Origin: Octopus sinensis
Lineage: Eukaryota
Length of the DNA: 64,000 nt
Reading direction: 5' to 3'
Assembly: GCF_006345805.1 (NCBI RefSeq)
Contig: NC_042999.1
Location: 72,044,001-72,108,000 of the forward strand
In this document: positions 11,786 to 27,300 of the stretch, piece by piece
Layout of the letters: every line of letters starts with the position of its first letter
Numbering within the stretch: position 1 is the stretch's first letter
The notes under the pieces: generated by a model
Told to the model about the DNA's origin: nothing
Database searches by the model: none
The model's input: the letters and a program-made list of their open reading frames with translations, nothing else
Position numbers and translations under genes: made by a program

Positions 11786-12730
11786 GATTTGAGAATAACA
11801 CCCAGCCCTTTCAGATTTTCGAAATTTTCCCCTTTATATGATTTACTTTTTAATTATCCGACAGGGTCTCTGCTTACTGGCTGGAGTCATTTTATTCATT
11901 ATTATTTTTTCTTTTTTGTATTCGAAAGTTCATTCTCTTCTCATCTTTGTTTTATAAAGCCCAACAAATGCTTTTATGTTCATAAATTCTGATGATCAAA
12001 GTAAAACTATTCTATATAGTAAAACTACATTAGTAAAACTACTCCATATATATATATATATTACGCTATTGTTTCATCAACATGCATTTAATACGCTATG
12101 TGTATTTGTATAAACACTTCTTCGACTTTAAGTATTCTACTATATTCCGCAATTACCATTAATATTTAACGTACTGAAAGTTATCATGTACTCAACTTAT
12201 TACACTGCATGCATGTGTTTCTATGCATATAAGCAATACGTTCTCTGTATCTATACATAGCACTTTTGCATTGAAGCAATAAATGTATTTCGCTGATATC
12301 ACAAATTATACCGTAGCATACATGCAACTCATTATAAAACTCCAAAATAAAGAAGTTATTTTTCATTATTTACTGTTCATTACAACATTTATAAGATTTC
12401 TTCATCTTAAGTGTAGCCCGAATACTTTCTTTGAGGTAAGTTGCTACCATACCGGTGATACCAATAATGCGACTAAAATTCTTATATATATATATCATAA
12501 AATACATTTTTCGTCCCTAGAAAACCTTTTGAAAATCTATATGCCTTATTGTAGAATCTTGACCCCATGTGTAAATATGCGTATAAAATATGCATATATT
12601 TAGGTAGTTGTGAATATATGCATATTTCTGAAATCAGGAAGAGGATTTATTGTAAAAAATAACGTACAGTCAGTGACTGCAACATATTTTGCAAATTAAA
12701 AGTAATCAAAACTATATAATATTTCAGTAG

Positions 12731-12767
<37 letters not shown>

Positions 12768-13276
12768 CCAAATGTTCATGCTTTATGGCATTTTTATTTA
12801 CATCCTGATACTCCCTTTAGAATTTTCTATCATGTACATTTTTCAACTATTCCTGCAATTAGAAAACTTAAACATTCATACACATCACAATGTTTTGCCG
12901 GTACGGTAATCTAGTAACAAATAATTCAGTTAAGTTTCCAATTCCTGAAACATAAGTAGATGAAGCTTTTATATAAAATGGATGATCATATGGGAAGGTG
13001 TGAATTCATATGACATGTAAGCATATCCTGTCAATGTGACATGCGAAACGGGCAGGCAGAAACAAATAGTATAAATTTTCTCCGTTCTTCAAACACCTTT
13101 GTAAAAGGTCATTTTGACCGAAATGTCAGGATTAATTTCATATTTTTCTTGTAACATGCAAATAGCTTTTGTAACTAGTATCTTCAAATTGCATTGCAAT
13201 ATATTTCTATATGTGCATACATAAACTTCTTGTTATTTTTTATGTAAGGTAATACTTCGTGCGAAACACAATACTG

Positions 13277-13307
<31 letters not shown>

Positions 13308-13890
13308 AGTATGCGCGTGTGTGTGTACATGCATTTACATATACGTAAATATATAAAACTCTCTTAGTCTTTCTCTCTCTACCCCTTCTCCTCTCTCAAT
13401 CTCTCATTCCGTCTTCCACTCTGACGTATCTCTGTATAAATATAAGTATGAATGCCTGCAAGAAAAATAGATTTCTAGGACAAGCAGTTTGGGGGCATGT
13501 TAAGATATTCACTGTTTTGTAGGCAATTTTCTTCTCCTGACCGGCACGAAGTATGATTCAAAATAACTAAAGCTGATAAAGAATATTAGAATTTTAAATA
13601 TTTTGATGAAATGCAATATACTCCTAATATTCATACAAATACCCATAACACACATATACATGGATATACACACACACATGCACGTGTGTGTTCATACGCA
13701 TGTATGTGTATGTATCACCCTATATTGATTAATTATGAATTTTCTGGTTGATTCCGTAATGGAATCGGCGGCTTATATTTATTTGCTGCCGATAAATTTG
13801 GCGCGAGTGCGATGATTTGAAAATTTTAGGTCAGATATTGCCGAGGCAGGGACAGAAATGCCTCGTGAAAATATCTGTTCCGATCTGGCT

Positions 13891-13997
13891 ATTTCTTACT
13901 GACGAATCTAAGGGCCTATGGAAGATTGGCTTGATTTAATTTAATCAGGTTAGTTTACCATTAAACAGTAGATGAAACGGTGCATCGTATAAGAAAT
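13891..13997 (+). ncRNA. Type I hammerhead ribozyme, unit 1
   Basis: Stem I ATTTCTTA/TAAGAAAT (8 bp), CTGACGA at 13899-13905, stem II ATCTA/TAGAT, GAAA at 13974-13977, stem III ACG-gtgcat-CGT. GUA cleavage after 13989. Confidence 0.88.
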
Positions 13998-14377
13998 TAC
14001 AGGGTAAATGTTTTTTAATTTTCTCCTGGTTTGCGGAATTAATGTTATTTTGCGGTTGAAGTATTGGCTGTTATTTCTAGTGGGTGAATGGCCTATTATG
14101 GCCGTTCCTTGATTGTGATGTTGAACTTATAAATGGTCTATGACTATTTAATTTTTTCCCACTAGGCCGCTGGTGGCAAAAAAATTCTACAAAATTTTTT
14201 TTGCCACCCTATATTGATTAATTATGAATTTTCTGGTTGATTCCGTAATGGAATCGGCGGCTTATATTATTTGCTGCCGATAAATTTGGCGCGAGTGCGA
14301 TGATTTGAAAATTTTAGGTCAGATATTGCCGAGGCAGGGACAGAATGCCTCGTGAAAATATCTGTTCCGATCTGGCT

Positions 14378-14482
14378 ATTTCTTACTGACGAATCTAAGG
14401 GCCTATGGAAGATTGGCTGATTTAATTTAATCAGGTTAGTTTACCATAAACAGTAGATGAAACGGTGCATCGTATAAGAAAT
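14378..14482 (+). ncRNA. Type I hammerhead ribozyme, unit 2
   Basis: Same motif. CTGACGA at 14386-14392, GAAA at 14459-14462, cleavage after 14474. Confidence 0.88.
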
Positions 14483-14862
14483 TACAGGGTAAATGTTTTT
14501 TAATTTTCTCCTGGTTTGCGGAATTAATGTTATTTTGCGGTTGAAGTATTGGCTGTTATTTCTAGTGGGTGAATGGCCTATTATGGCCGTTCCTTGATTG
14601 TGATGTTGAACTTATAAATGGTCTATGACTATTTAATTTTTTCCCACTAGGCCGCTGGTGGCAAAAAAATTCTACAAAATTTTTTTTGCCACCCTATATT
14701 GATTAATTATGAATTTTCTGGTTGATTCCGTAATGGAATCGGCGGCTTATATTTATTTGCTGCCGATAAATTTGGCGCGAGTGCGATGATTTGAAAATTT
14801 TAGGTCAGATATGCCGAGGCAGGGACAGAATGCCTCGTGAAAATATCTGTTCCGATCTGGCT

Positions 14863-14968
14863 ATTCTTACTGACGAATCTAAGGGCCTATGGAAGATTGG
14901 CTTGATTTAATTTAATCAGGTTAGTTTACCATTAAACAGTAGATGAAACGGTGCATCGTATAAGAAAT
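14863..14968 (+). ncRNA. Type I hammerhead ribozyme, unit 3
   Basis: CTGACGA at 14870-14876, GAAA at 14945-14948, cleavage after 14960. One T is missing in the 5' strand of stem I. Confidence 0.85.
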
Positions 14969-15193
14969 TACAGGGTAAATGTTTTTTAATTTTCTCCTGG
15001 TTTGCGGAATTAATGTTATTTTGCGGTTGAAGCTTTGGCTGTTATTTCTAGTGGGTGAATGGCCTATTATGGCCGTTCCTTGATTGTGATGTTGAACTTA
15101 TAAATGGTCTATGACTATTTAATTTTTTCCCACTAGGCCGCTGGTGGCAAAAAAATTCTACAAAATTTTTTTTGCCACCCTATATTGATTAAT

Positions 15194-16005
<812 letters not shown>

Positions 16006-16007
16006 TG

Positions 16008-16080
<73 letters not shown>

Positions 16081-16488
16081 TGAAATAATTGGGGTCAACA
16101 AAAAGGAGTACGGGTGGGCATTTATTTTCAATCGCAAAAACAAAACAAAAATCACCAAATAAATACAAAAGTAATAATAGTGCAAATCACAGCAGCTGTC
16201 GCAAGAAATCTGCATGTCTTCTCGTGAACCAATGCATACAAAAAATCGTCATATACAAATGCTAAATCACTACACCAAACCAAGAATGCGCATACATAGG
16301 AGCGTCCGAAAACCAATTCATGGTCCGTTATCGCAACCATATCTCCTCATTCTGAAAGATAAGCCAGCGACACGCAACAACATTAGCGGGCCTAATACGG
16401 AGGTTAAAATGTGTTTGTGTGAGTGTATATATATATATATATCTTTAAATTAGATACGATCAATATATTTATTCTTATATATATATAT

Positions 16489-16790
16489 GACGAACCCTCT
16501 CATCGTTAAACGATGATTGAGTGTTCGGCAATATCTTACCGAACAACCATACAGATGATTTGTTTATAGTGATCAAATGTTCGTGTAGACATAAGCTCAC
16601 TCCCTCCATCAGATTAACATTACCTGTACAGGCGCAACAGGTGCCATTTTTCAGATGTTGAAATGATCGTAGAGCAGCTTTGAAATGAAATGCTTTGCTC
16701 AAGAACACGAGGCAACGCTCGGTCTGGGATTCGAACCCACGATCTCACAATCATGGGGGCAACACCTTAACCACTAAGCCATGCGCCTTC
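16489..16790 (-). mobile_element. tRNA-derived SINE (family C)
   Basis: Head ggcgcatggcttagtggttaagg...gggttcgaatccc has clear Pol III A and B boxes, followed by gtgttcttgagcaaagcatttc. Confidence 0.8.
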
Positions 16791-16836
16791 AAATATATAT
16801 GTATACGTGTATATGTATACATTTATGTATGTATAT

Positions 16837-16884
<48 letters not shown>

Positions 16885-17341
16885 TATATATATAATATAT
16901 ATATGGCCGGAAAATGTATATAATATTTCCGTTCTCCAAATTACACAGCCCAAGTGAAATCGAGAGGAGAATCAGAGAAAAGAATTTTATTGATAAATTC
17001 GAACCCAAGCTAAATAAGCAATAATAATAATACTTAGACGTATTACTTCCACTGCTACGACCATGACCACTAACAACAACAACAATACTAAAGGTGATCA
17101 AGATGAAGATAGCAGGAAAATTATCTTAATTAGGGTTAAAACTTCTATTGCCACCACCATCACCACTAGCAACAATAATTAAGGTGCTGACAATGATGAT
17201 GATGACAATTGAAATATAAAAATATAAAAATCTCTGACAAAGGATATTTACAACATTTCTAAAAACAACCCAACAATTGCTGCTTCGGCCAGGGTCAAGA
17301 TACAGGACTCTTGACATGTCCAACAAAGCGTGATGCCTAAA

Positions 17342-17455
17342 CCAATCAGCTCAACCAACCAATCAGCTTAAGTAATTGAGCGATACTACACACTGATTGG
17401 TCAGAATACAGTTTGCAAAACCTAGCACTCTGGAGCCTACCCAGCTGTATTTATA
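17342..17455 (+). promoter_or_regulatory. CCAAT/CCAAT/reverse CCAAT plus TATA-like cluster (putative pLTR Pol II promoter)
   Basis: CCAATCAG at 17342 and 17359, CTGATTGG at 17393 and TATTTATA at 17448, about 65 bp upstream of the hammerhead-like motif. Confidence 0.45.
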
Positions 17456-17518
17456 GCACAGAATCAATCATCTTGCTACAGTCAAAAATTGTGAACCATG
17501 ACTGTCAACACTACTACA

Positions 17519-17563
17519 TGAACCCGAAGATTGCAGAATTCAATGCATGAAAGTACTAGTTCA
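17519..17563 (+). ncRNA. Minimal hammerhead-like motif (U4C variant)
   Basis: TGAAC-CCGAAGA-t TGCA gaattcaa TGCA t-GAAA-GTAC-TA^GTTCA. Perfect 5-bp stem I and palindromic stem III (AGTACT). Confidence 0.6.
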
Positions 17564-17753
17564 ATCAGAATGAACATTTAACATTCTACTATTTCATTTT
17601 ATTTTATTCAATTATAATATATTATCTTATATATATCATTATAAGATTGTAAATAAAACGTGAAAATCAGACAAGGTTGGAATTCTTTTTATTAATATAT
17701 TCTTCTATACACAATCACACACACCCATATATATATATATATATCTATATATA

Positions 17754-17811
<58 letters not shown>

Positions 17812-18002
17812 TTGTTGTATTTGGTTTGTAAGATTCTTTATGCGAATTCCTGTGATGGAACAAATCTTGTTGTGCCTAGAGATATGTAAACATTTATGTT
17901 ATTTAGCCTTACAACAGTTGTGGGGATTTTAATACCGGGTATTTTTAAATGTAATTGACAAATATGATACTATATATAACAATAACAATACTGCTGTGTC
18001 AA

Positions 18003-18200
18003 TATTGGCTTCAAATTTTGGCAGACGGCCACCAATTTCACGGGAGGGAGTACGTCTATAAATCTGTCCCCAGTGCTCAACTGGTACTTATTTTATCAAC
18101 CCCTAAAGGGTGGAACGCAAAGTCAACCTTGATGGAATTTGAACTCAGGACGTAAAGACGTACAAAATATCGCTAATACTTCTGCCTGGCGTGCAATCGC
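18003..18200 (-). mobile_element. tRNA-derived SINE (family A), degenerate; a second decayed copy follows to ~18365
   Basis: Family motifs ctggtacttattttatc and ggaatttgaactcag. Confidence 0.7.
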
Positions 18201-18873
18201 AAACACAAGGCCAGCAGTTTTGAGGGAAGTTGGTCAATGACCCATAGACTGGTTTTTGACAAGTACTTTATTGTGTCTAGCCACAGCGATAAAAGGTAAC
18301 CTTGGCCGAGACGAAATTTGAGCTCAGAGCGTAAACAATCAGATCAAATGATAAACATTTTCCCGCTCTTCATATAGAAATTGCTCCTTGTGAGTAAAGC
18401 TATAGGATCGTGAAAACAAAAGCGGTAAATAACCTTTCCATCAACTATAGTTCCCGTGCAAATATTTACTAATTGTGATTGCATAGAAAGTGTGTGTGTG
18501 CATGTGTGTGTGAGTGTGTGACTAAATTATCCAATTTATTTTATAGTTCATCTTTAATTGTATATTGTCTTTTGAAATCTTCTATTGCTTTCGAATAAAC
18601 CATTTACAGGCAGAGATCAAAGAATTCAATGCATTTTAGTGCAAAACTAACGCGTTCTGAGATTTTAATAATATCTGAGAATGGAACATATTTGTGAATA
18701 ATTCATTTTCAGTTATTTACTTTGAAGAACCTAACATGTACGCAGAAGCGAAATAGGAAAAGTCAAAAGTTACTATAGCTTTATGGCTTAATTGTTAGAA
18801 AATCAAAAGGTGCAGTAAGTACAATAACTCGCAGAACTTGAGAACTAATGAAGCAATAAATACTTAAAATAAA

Positions 18874-19067
18874 GCGGCGGGATGGCAGAAATGTTAGCAC
18901 GCCGGGCGAAATACTTAGCGGCATTTCGTTTGTCTCTATGTTTTGAGTTCAAATTCCGCCGAGGTCGACTTTGCCTTTCATCTTTTCGGGATCGATAAAT
19001 TAAGTACCAGTTGCGTAGTGGAGTTGATCTAATCGACTGCCCCACTCCCCCAAAGTTTCGGGCTTTG
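18874..19067 (+). mobile_element. tRNA-derived SINE (family A)
   Basis: ggcgggatggcagaaatgttagcacgccgggcg...gagttcaaattccgccgaggtcgactttgcc. Confidence 0.85.
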
Positions 19068-19096
19068 TTTAAATCTCATATATGTATGTATATATA

Positions 19097-19129
<33 letters not shown>

Positions 19130-19837
19130 AGAATTTGTTTTGAGGTTTGAAAATGCACCTGTATCTCAAAATGTGTAGTCGTGTTTAAATGTTGTAATAG
19201 ATTTATTGAAATACCAAACCGGTGTCGACAATTGTTTGCTTATGAATGGTACAAATATATAATTAAAGGGTTTAGGAGTGTTTAAAGTTACAAGGTAAAA
19301 ATCGGAAGGGCATTTTTAAACGATCAAATGTTCATAGAGATTCCAATGATTTTCACAGGGTTAGAAAGTAATACAAGTGTAAATGTTCTGTTAAGATCAT
19401 AACAAATATACATTATTGAAAGTTCAGTCACATTGAGCTTTATGAAAAAAAAAAGAATAGTGGGGAAGATAGAGAAAAAAGTGATGAGAAAGAAAATTTT
19501 TTTCTTTTACAATTTCTGTCATGATGCGTGTTGTTCTTTTTTCAATTTCAGAGGTCTCTTCATTTTGTTCGAAATGTTATACGCGGAGACCTTTTAGTAC
19601 ATATATATTTTTACGGTAAAGGATCAAGTTTTGATTGGTTATAGTTTTGATGGAATGTATTTGTTTGTGAATCTTTTTGTCAAAATATTTTTGTTTGGCA
19701 AAGACTAGCGTTTTGGTTGGCTTACGTTTTGGTGACGTACATTCCTTTTTGACCACGTGATTAATTGTACGTTTCGTGACGTCAAAAATAAATTATCATC
19801 TTATTTGTTTGTTTACATATATGCATACATATGTATG

Positions 19838-19884
<47 letters not shown>

Positions 19885-20607
19885 ATAAATTATAATATAA
19901 TATTTTAAAAAATGGAGAGTTTGAACATAGCAAAATCGATTTATTTACATAATAGTCAATTTGATAACGCCTATATGTGTTTCAATATCTACCATCATTC
20001 ATATTTTTCAATTAAATATTGCATTATGAATTTAGAAGGTAAAAATCTCTCAGGACAAAAATTGACTTATTCATTTTGCATCCTAATAGATATAGTTTTC
20101 ACTACAAACTGAATGGCAGCATATGTATTTGTGTATGTGTGTGTGAGTGTGAGTGTGTGCTGTGTGTGTCTGTGTGTGTCTGTGTCTGTGTGTCTTTGGA
20201 TCCTATTCAATTACATCTCAATGGATTGAAGTATTCCTTACAGAATGACTGGTATTGAGTGTATTTGTATGTGTGCGGTCAGTATGTTTGCCCTTGGATT
20301 TGGTTCTAAAAACAGCTAAAATTTATACTTCAACCATTGTGGACAATGACTAGTTTTAGGTCATACTACCATTCCCATCAATGGAATTTCAATTGTTTTG
20401 TTTGTTTTTATTGAAATCAACTATGTAAATAAATTGATTTTGTTGTGTTCAAACACTCCATTTTCTTTATATTATATTGCTAAAATCCTGTTCTTATATA
20501 TCGAATAGATAAAATATCAATAAATTAATCGACATAGAGGTAACCCAGTGGACGCTTGGATGTAACACATTCCTAGAAAGAGCAATTCCTTTCTATACAA
20601 AACTATA

Positions 20608-20744
<137 letters not shown>

Positions 20745-20770
20745 AGGAGATGTGGAACACAAGTTGTGAT

Positions 20771-21100
20771 ATATAAAAAGGAAATGAAGAAAATGCTGAC
20801 AAAATAATTTAAGTAATTTAAGTAATTTGATTAGGTGAAAGTTCTTTTTACCGGTTGCGCATTTGTTATGCTTATCAAAAGATATTTTTTTAAGAGAGAT
20901 AGAGTTCCTTTCTGATAGATTTTTTCCTCTTATCTGATAAGAGGAAAAAATCTATCAGAAAGGAACTCTATCTCTCTTAAAAATATATCTTTTGATAAGC
21001 ATAACAAATGCGCAACTGGTAAAAAGAACTTTCACCTAATCAAATTACTTAAATTACTTAAATTATTTTGTCAGCATTTTCTTCATTTCCTTTTTTATAT
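20771..21100. repeat. Near-perfect ~335-bp palindrome with a 1-nt centre at 20935
   Basis: ...cctcttatc-t-gataagagg... The two arms of ~165 bp have only a few differences. Confidence 0.93.
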
Positions 21101-21119
21101 ATATATATATAGAAAGGTT

Positions 21120-21850
21120 TTGACTTATTTGACCATACGTGGCCCCGACAACACTTAATAGTACCACCTGGAGAAGACAGTTGGTAATATTTTATATTGC
21201 ATTCATTCTTTAGGCATCATAGCCCATTCCAGTAAAAAGTTATTGTTTGCAGAAATATATCCGGATGTAGATGGTTTACGTAGAGTTAATTGGAGCTATT
21301 CGTCTGGGAAGTGCTTGAATGTTATGGGATTTTTTCTTGTGTCAGGGCATGATGTTAAAGGGAGCAGGGCCATTTGAGGTTAAATAATTCCGTGTTAGTG
21401 TTAAAGTGTTGCAAGAGAATTATTTTGTAGAGGATGGATAGCATATGGATCAAGCCTTGGTGAATAATAACATTGGTAGATCATTTGAGCAATATTGTTG
21501 GAATATTTTCCACATCAAACTAATGGTATAGCGCTCTCGGTGGCATTGGAAGAAATAAAGTTTGAGTTTCTCAAAACAATCCTAATAATCAAGACCAGTT
21601 ATGTCGTCTATGTTTCTTGTGATCGATCTCCAGGAAACTTAAATTTTTTTATAAGGAAGAAACAAATAAAATTATTTTGTTCGTTGCCATACCCAATTCC
21701 AGAAGCGAAAATATTTACATTCGGCCAAAGGATATCTTTAATTCTATACCAATCATCAACTCTAATTGTCACAAATCCAAAACAGCTGAAGACAACCACC
21801 AAATTTGAATGGATTCTTAACAATGGTGAAATTTACATTTGATAAATAAA
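21120..21850 (-). mobile_element. Degenerate CR1/L2-group LINE 3' remnant
   Basis: The reverse strand gives decayed L.KLKLYSLQ.RRERY...WKIFQ and a KPSTSGYISANNN-like segment. Homologous to 7040-7335. Confidence 0.62.
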
Positions 21851-22572
21851 TAATGCTTATCAGATGTAGGAATTGATCGCACAAGGTTAAACAAACCAAT
21901 TCATGATGGGATGGACTGCGAGGTTAACGTAAATATGAAATACAAAGCAAAAACATTTCTTTTCTCTGTCACATGCCCGCAACGCAATGAAATTTATATT
22001 GGTTAAATAGAATCAAAAACAATAGATCGGGCTCGAATGGATAAGCCATGAATTAAAGAACCATCTGTTCAAATGTTTCATGTAGTCAACATTTGACATT
22101 CGTACAAACAGAAAATTAAGATAAATAAAACATTTTCAAATATCGGACGAAAATACAAACAATTATGAAAGGTACATGAAGAATACATTCAAAGACATCT
22201 AAATTCGAAACCAGCTTCCTCATCATTATACACTTTTTTCTGCTGCTTTATTCTTCATTTTCTTACGTTATATTTTCATCTCGTTTTCGTCTACGTGCTA
22301 TTTAATTAATTTTGTGTTCCTAACATTTTTATTCCTTGATCTCCACATTCTATTTTCCCCTCGATATATTTGTTCATTCTCTGTCATACATACAGACATA
22401 CATACGTACGTACATACGTACACACATACATACATACATATATACATGCATACATACATGCATACATACATACATCCATACATACATACATATATATACA
22501 TCATGCATGCATACATACAGACATACAGACTTATATACAAATATATATATACATATATACAGGTAGACAGAC

Positions 22573-22641
<69 letters not shown>

Positions 22642-22643
22642 GG

Positions 22644-22689
<46 letters not shown>

Positions 22690-22690
22690 T

Positions 22691-22736
<46 letters not shown>

Positions 22737-22786
22737 TAATAGACAGACAGTCAGACAGACAGTCAGACAGACAGTCAGACAGACAA

Positions 22787-22871
<85 letters not shown>

Positions 22872-23529
22872 CTAATATGTCTGATTCATTGTTTATTTGA
22901 TTTTAGTCTTGTTGCTTATGTAATAAGATATTTGTGCGTATGTATGTATGCTAGCATGTATGTGCACACACACATATACGCACTTGCATGCATACATTTA
23001 AATACTAATCCATCGTTGATTACATAAAAATATTTCGCAATATTGTTATCTACGTTTCGTGACTGATGTCACTTAATATCAAAATATTCTAGAGACATTT
23101 TTTCTTCTTTTTACATGATTATTGAGTTAGTTTTTCGAAAGCAGTTTTCAATCACTTCTAAGTATGCTGCAAGAAAAAGCAATCAGACGTTGTTAAAAAT
23201 TCATGTTAATTAGTAATTTGTTCTTATTGTCAACAAATTAATCCCTCCAACTAAAACGTAGCCGTATAACTGCTGATAATAAACTATTATTAAGTGCAAT
23301 GAAATTTCGATAAAATTGTTCGGTGATTAAATAATTATCTAACTTAAAATGAAAAATATAGAAAGGAAATATTTTGAGAAGAGAAAATAGATAAAATTTT
23401 AAGTAGATTTATTGAAGACAATTTTCTGAAATTATCATATAATTATTACCAGCAGCATCACTCACGTCGATGCCACTATCGTGGCCATCAACTGAGGAAA
23501 CACTATGATCTTAATCATCAATCATCGTT

Positions 23530-23665
23530 GTGATTGTCATCGCCCTCAACGTCACCAAATTTCAATATTGTTATTATCAGTAAAAATTATCATCACCATC
23601 ATTATGATCATCATCATGATAACCATCATTATCTAGATCATCATGTTCTTTATCCTCCTCTTCAC

Positions 23666-23700
<35 letters not shown>

Positions 23701-23830
23701 CCATCACTATTATCATCAACACTGTTACTTTCAGTTTCAATACCATTGTTGTCAACATGTTCATCAATCTCTCCCCCTTATATTATCAATACCATTATCA
23801 TTCAAAAGAATATCTGTACTAATCGTTAGC
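23530..23830. repeat. (CAT)n-rich low-complexity tract
   Basis: Direct reading. Explains the His-rich ORF. Confidence 0.85.
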
Positions 23831-24369
23831 AACAGTAATATCACTCTTACATTTACATTTAGCAGCATCCTAAGTCCAATGAACTCCACACAGACCTCTT
23901 AACTCGTCAAAACCTCTGGCACTTTCACTTTCTGTGGTTTTGCTTTAATTGATTATACCCCTTCCCACAAAAAGCATCACTTTGTTTGTATTATAAAAAT
24001 CAATAATAATATTTTTAACAAAATTAAGAAATTACGACTATTTTATTACAAAGTAAATATAAGTCTATAACTAATTTTCGTATATTTCCAATAAATAGCA
24101 GTACATTAAACATAGAACTGGAGTTATATTAAAATAGTATTTCGTTTTTGTATCTGGTACGCAAGATTATCGATGCGAATTCGTGTGATGAGACAAATTG
24201 TACAGTATCTTGGAAGTGGCATTATGCCTAAAATAAACACACGCATTGGTTCAATTTCACCTCTTTATTATTAATCAATTGGTTAGTTATTTAAACAAAC
24301 CTTAAATCAACCACTTATTTAAACAGTCGGTCAAACAATTAATCAGTTGTTCGTCAAAGACATTTCGTT

Positions 24370-27300
24370 ATCATTTGCTACCTCGCCGGAGGAACCTGAT
24401 ATCCGAACTAAAGAGGAGGAAACAAATGGGAGAGAAGGGTTTACGAATCCAAGATGGACAGATAATCAAGTCCTACCTCTGGTCCCATGCTGTAGTGCTG
24501 ACAGGGAAAGTGATGTGAGGGCAAATCGAAGTGAAGTTGATACCCCCGTCAACGATGCTATCTCTGATGCCCTTTATTCTGCTTGTTCCCCAACTCCCGC
24601 CCCACAGACTTCACAGCTCAGCATCGTCTACACCAACTCGTGCTCCTTATTCCCAAAGTTCAGTGAACTATTTACACTGGCCATACGTGACTCCCCTGAT
24701 GTGATAGCTATCACCGAGACTTGGCTGACTCCAGCAGTAAAGGACTCAGAAATCCACCTGCAGGGCTACGTCCTTTTCAGATGTGACAGAGGAAAAAGGC
24801 GAGGTGGAGGTGTTGCTGTGTATGTTAAGTCTGAGCACAAACCGTCCTGCGGTATTCTACCCACAAATGCTCAACCTACAACAAAATTCGATGCCGTCTA
24901 TTGCAAGCTGAGCCTATCTGAGTTTTGCCTGCCCGTGTTGGCTGTCTACAGGCCGCCTCTTGCCGACCCCCAGGACGATGCTCATTTACTCGAAGCGATA
25001 AGATTCGTTTCAGCTTCGCATGACTGCTTGATACTAGGCGACTTCAACGCTCCCACGATCGATTGGCCCGCATCAATTTGTACAACATCTTCCCGGTTCG
25101 GCCAGGCCCTTCTCGACGTGGCTGATGATTGTTTTCTATCGCAACATGTTGAATATCCGACAAGGCATCGGTCTGGGCAGCAGCCATCTATGCTAGATCT
25201 GGTATTCTCCCGCTATCCAAGATCAGTGTCAGACGTATCTGTGTGCGCCCCTCTTGCCAAGAGTGATCATGCGGTCCTGAAGTTCGTCATGCACACAACT
25301 TTTTCTACGCCCACGATTACTTCGCTGCCACGTAGAGTCTTCTCTGCAATTAATCTTGAAATTCTAACCGAGGCTTCCGCGCTTCTGGACTGGCGATCCC
25401 TGATGACGTTGTCCTCAGTTGACGAACTATGGTCATCCCTCAAAGCATATGTAATCTGTTTGACTGACAAGGCAGTTCCCGTTGGGCTTCCCAAGAGGAA
25501 GAAACACAAGCCCTGGGTGACGAAGAGGGTTAAACGAGAACGTCGACTCAGAGATATTGCTTGGGCTAAATTCAAAACTCTGGATTCGACTGCATCTTTT
25601 GAGGTGTACAAAACTCAACGAGACCGAGCCGTGAAAATTTAAAAGAAAGAACGCTTCAGTTATGAATACAAAATCGCGGCAAATGCCAGTAGCAATCCAA
25701 AAACCTTCTTTGTCCATGTCCAGCGGAATTCCCGCTTGAACAACCAGATTGCAACGTTGGTAGACTCAACAGGCGTATCGATTGAGGACCCTTATCAACA
25801 GAGTCAATTATTTGCCGAGGCTTTTTCAACTATTTTCAAACAAGATGATGGTCGTGAACCCCCTCCATTTGATAGATCGGTACCTCCAATGCTTCGATTG
25901 GTCATCACGCGGGATGAAGTCAAACGTGTTATTCAAGGCCTCGATGTCAACAAGAGTCACGGCCCTGACGGCATACACCCACGGGTTATCAAAGCGTTGG
26001 CTCCGGTCATCTGCGAGCCCTTAACACAACTATTCAATATGTCATTGGCGACGGGTGTTATACCTGCAGACTGGAGAACAGCCATAATCTGCCCAATTTT
26101 CAAGAAAGGGAGCCGCGAAGACCCGCTTAACTACCGACCGGTTTCCCTTACATCAATAATCAGCAAGATGTTCGAAACCATCCTTAAGAAAAGTATGATG
26201 CTCCACCTCCTAAACACAGCCTCGATCACTGATTCCCAACACGGCTTCATGCCGAAGAGATCATGCTTGACCAACTTACTAGTAATGGAAGAATTGGTGA
26301 CGCGCATCCTCGATGATAGTGATGCTGTTGACATCGTTTTATTGGACTTTGCCAAAGCTTTTGACTCGGTAAACCACCGCCTACTACTTGTCAAGCTTCA
26401 AGCATATAGTTTCCATCCGGATATTGTACGATGGGTTGGTGCCTTCCTCTCAGATCGCTCCTTCCAAGTTCAAGTTAATGGTTCGCGGTCCGACGTCTCC
26501 AGTGCGAGCAATGGCGTGCCTCAAGGTTCAGTGCTTGGGCCCTTGTTGTTCTTATTCTTCATAAATGACTTGCCCGACGACCTCACGCAACAAACCCTTC
26601 TATTTGCCGACGATATCAAACTGGTCGCTCCTCGCGGTAGTATAGAGGATCTTCGTCGATGCCTCCACCAAATTTGGAAGTGGTCTAACGATGGGACCTG
26701 TGTCTGAACGTGTCAAAGTGCTGTCATCTGCCTGTCGGCTCTACTCCTGCAACTCAACTTGATTTCGAGCCGGGTCGTCTGCTGCTGGAGAGGACCGATC
26801 AGGTAAAGGACCTGGGTATCTTGGTGGATTCCTCCTTTTCGCCTTCGGCCCAGTGCGTCCATGCTGCCAACAAAGCGCGCGGAATTCTGTTTTTGATTCG
26901 ACGGTCATTCGGAATGCTCACAGCAGCCATATTCCTACCACTCTATGTCACGCTGGTGAGACCCATATTGGAGTATGGGATTCAAGCCTCTTCTCCTTAT
27001 CTCCTCAAAGACATACAGCATCTCGAAAGAGTCCAGAGGCTGGCTACCCGCATGGTTCATGGTCTCAAAAATTTGTCCTACGAAGAAAGGCTGAGGACGC
27101 TCGACCTTTATTCTCTTGAAAAACGCCGCCACCGTGGTGATCTCATTCTCGCCCACAACATCATAAGCGGGATGTGTAACCTCTCGAAAGAGCTGTTCTT
27201 CACTCCTGTTCCGGAGCGTCGGCTGCGGGGTCATTCCGAAAAGCTCTACCTGCGACGATTTCATCTCAATCGAAGGAGAGGAGCTTTCTCCGTCCGGGTT

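Larger units (their letters stand above)
16905..17660 (+). mobile_element. Penelope-like element 3' end with pLTR
   Basis: Encodes YIIFPFSKLHSPSEIERRIREKNFIDKFEPKLNKQ*, which matches the C-terminus of the GIY-YIG ORF at 15.7 kb. Followed by promoter motifs and a hammerhead-like motif. (TA)n at both ends. Confidence 0.72.

Noticed and set aside
16720-16790. tRNA-like sequence with A and B boxes
   Set aside because: It continues into a SINE body and has no proper acceptor or anticodon stems, so it is a SINE head rather than a tRNA gene.
23050-23100. GTGAC-atca-GTCAC-GAAACGTA on the minus strand
   Set aside because: Stem II and GAAA are present but the CUGANGA core is destroyed. A decayed relic, not reported as a ribozyme.
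23534-23902. His-rich 122-aa ORF, and the Val/Met-rich ORF at 38351-38620
   Set aside because: Both are trinucleotide low-complexity tracts without splice or homology support.
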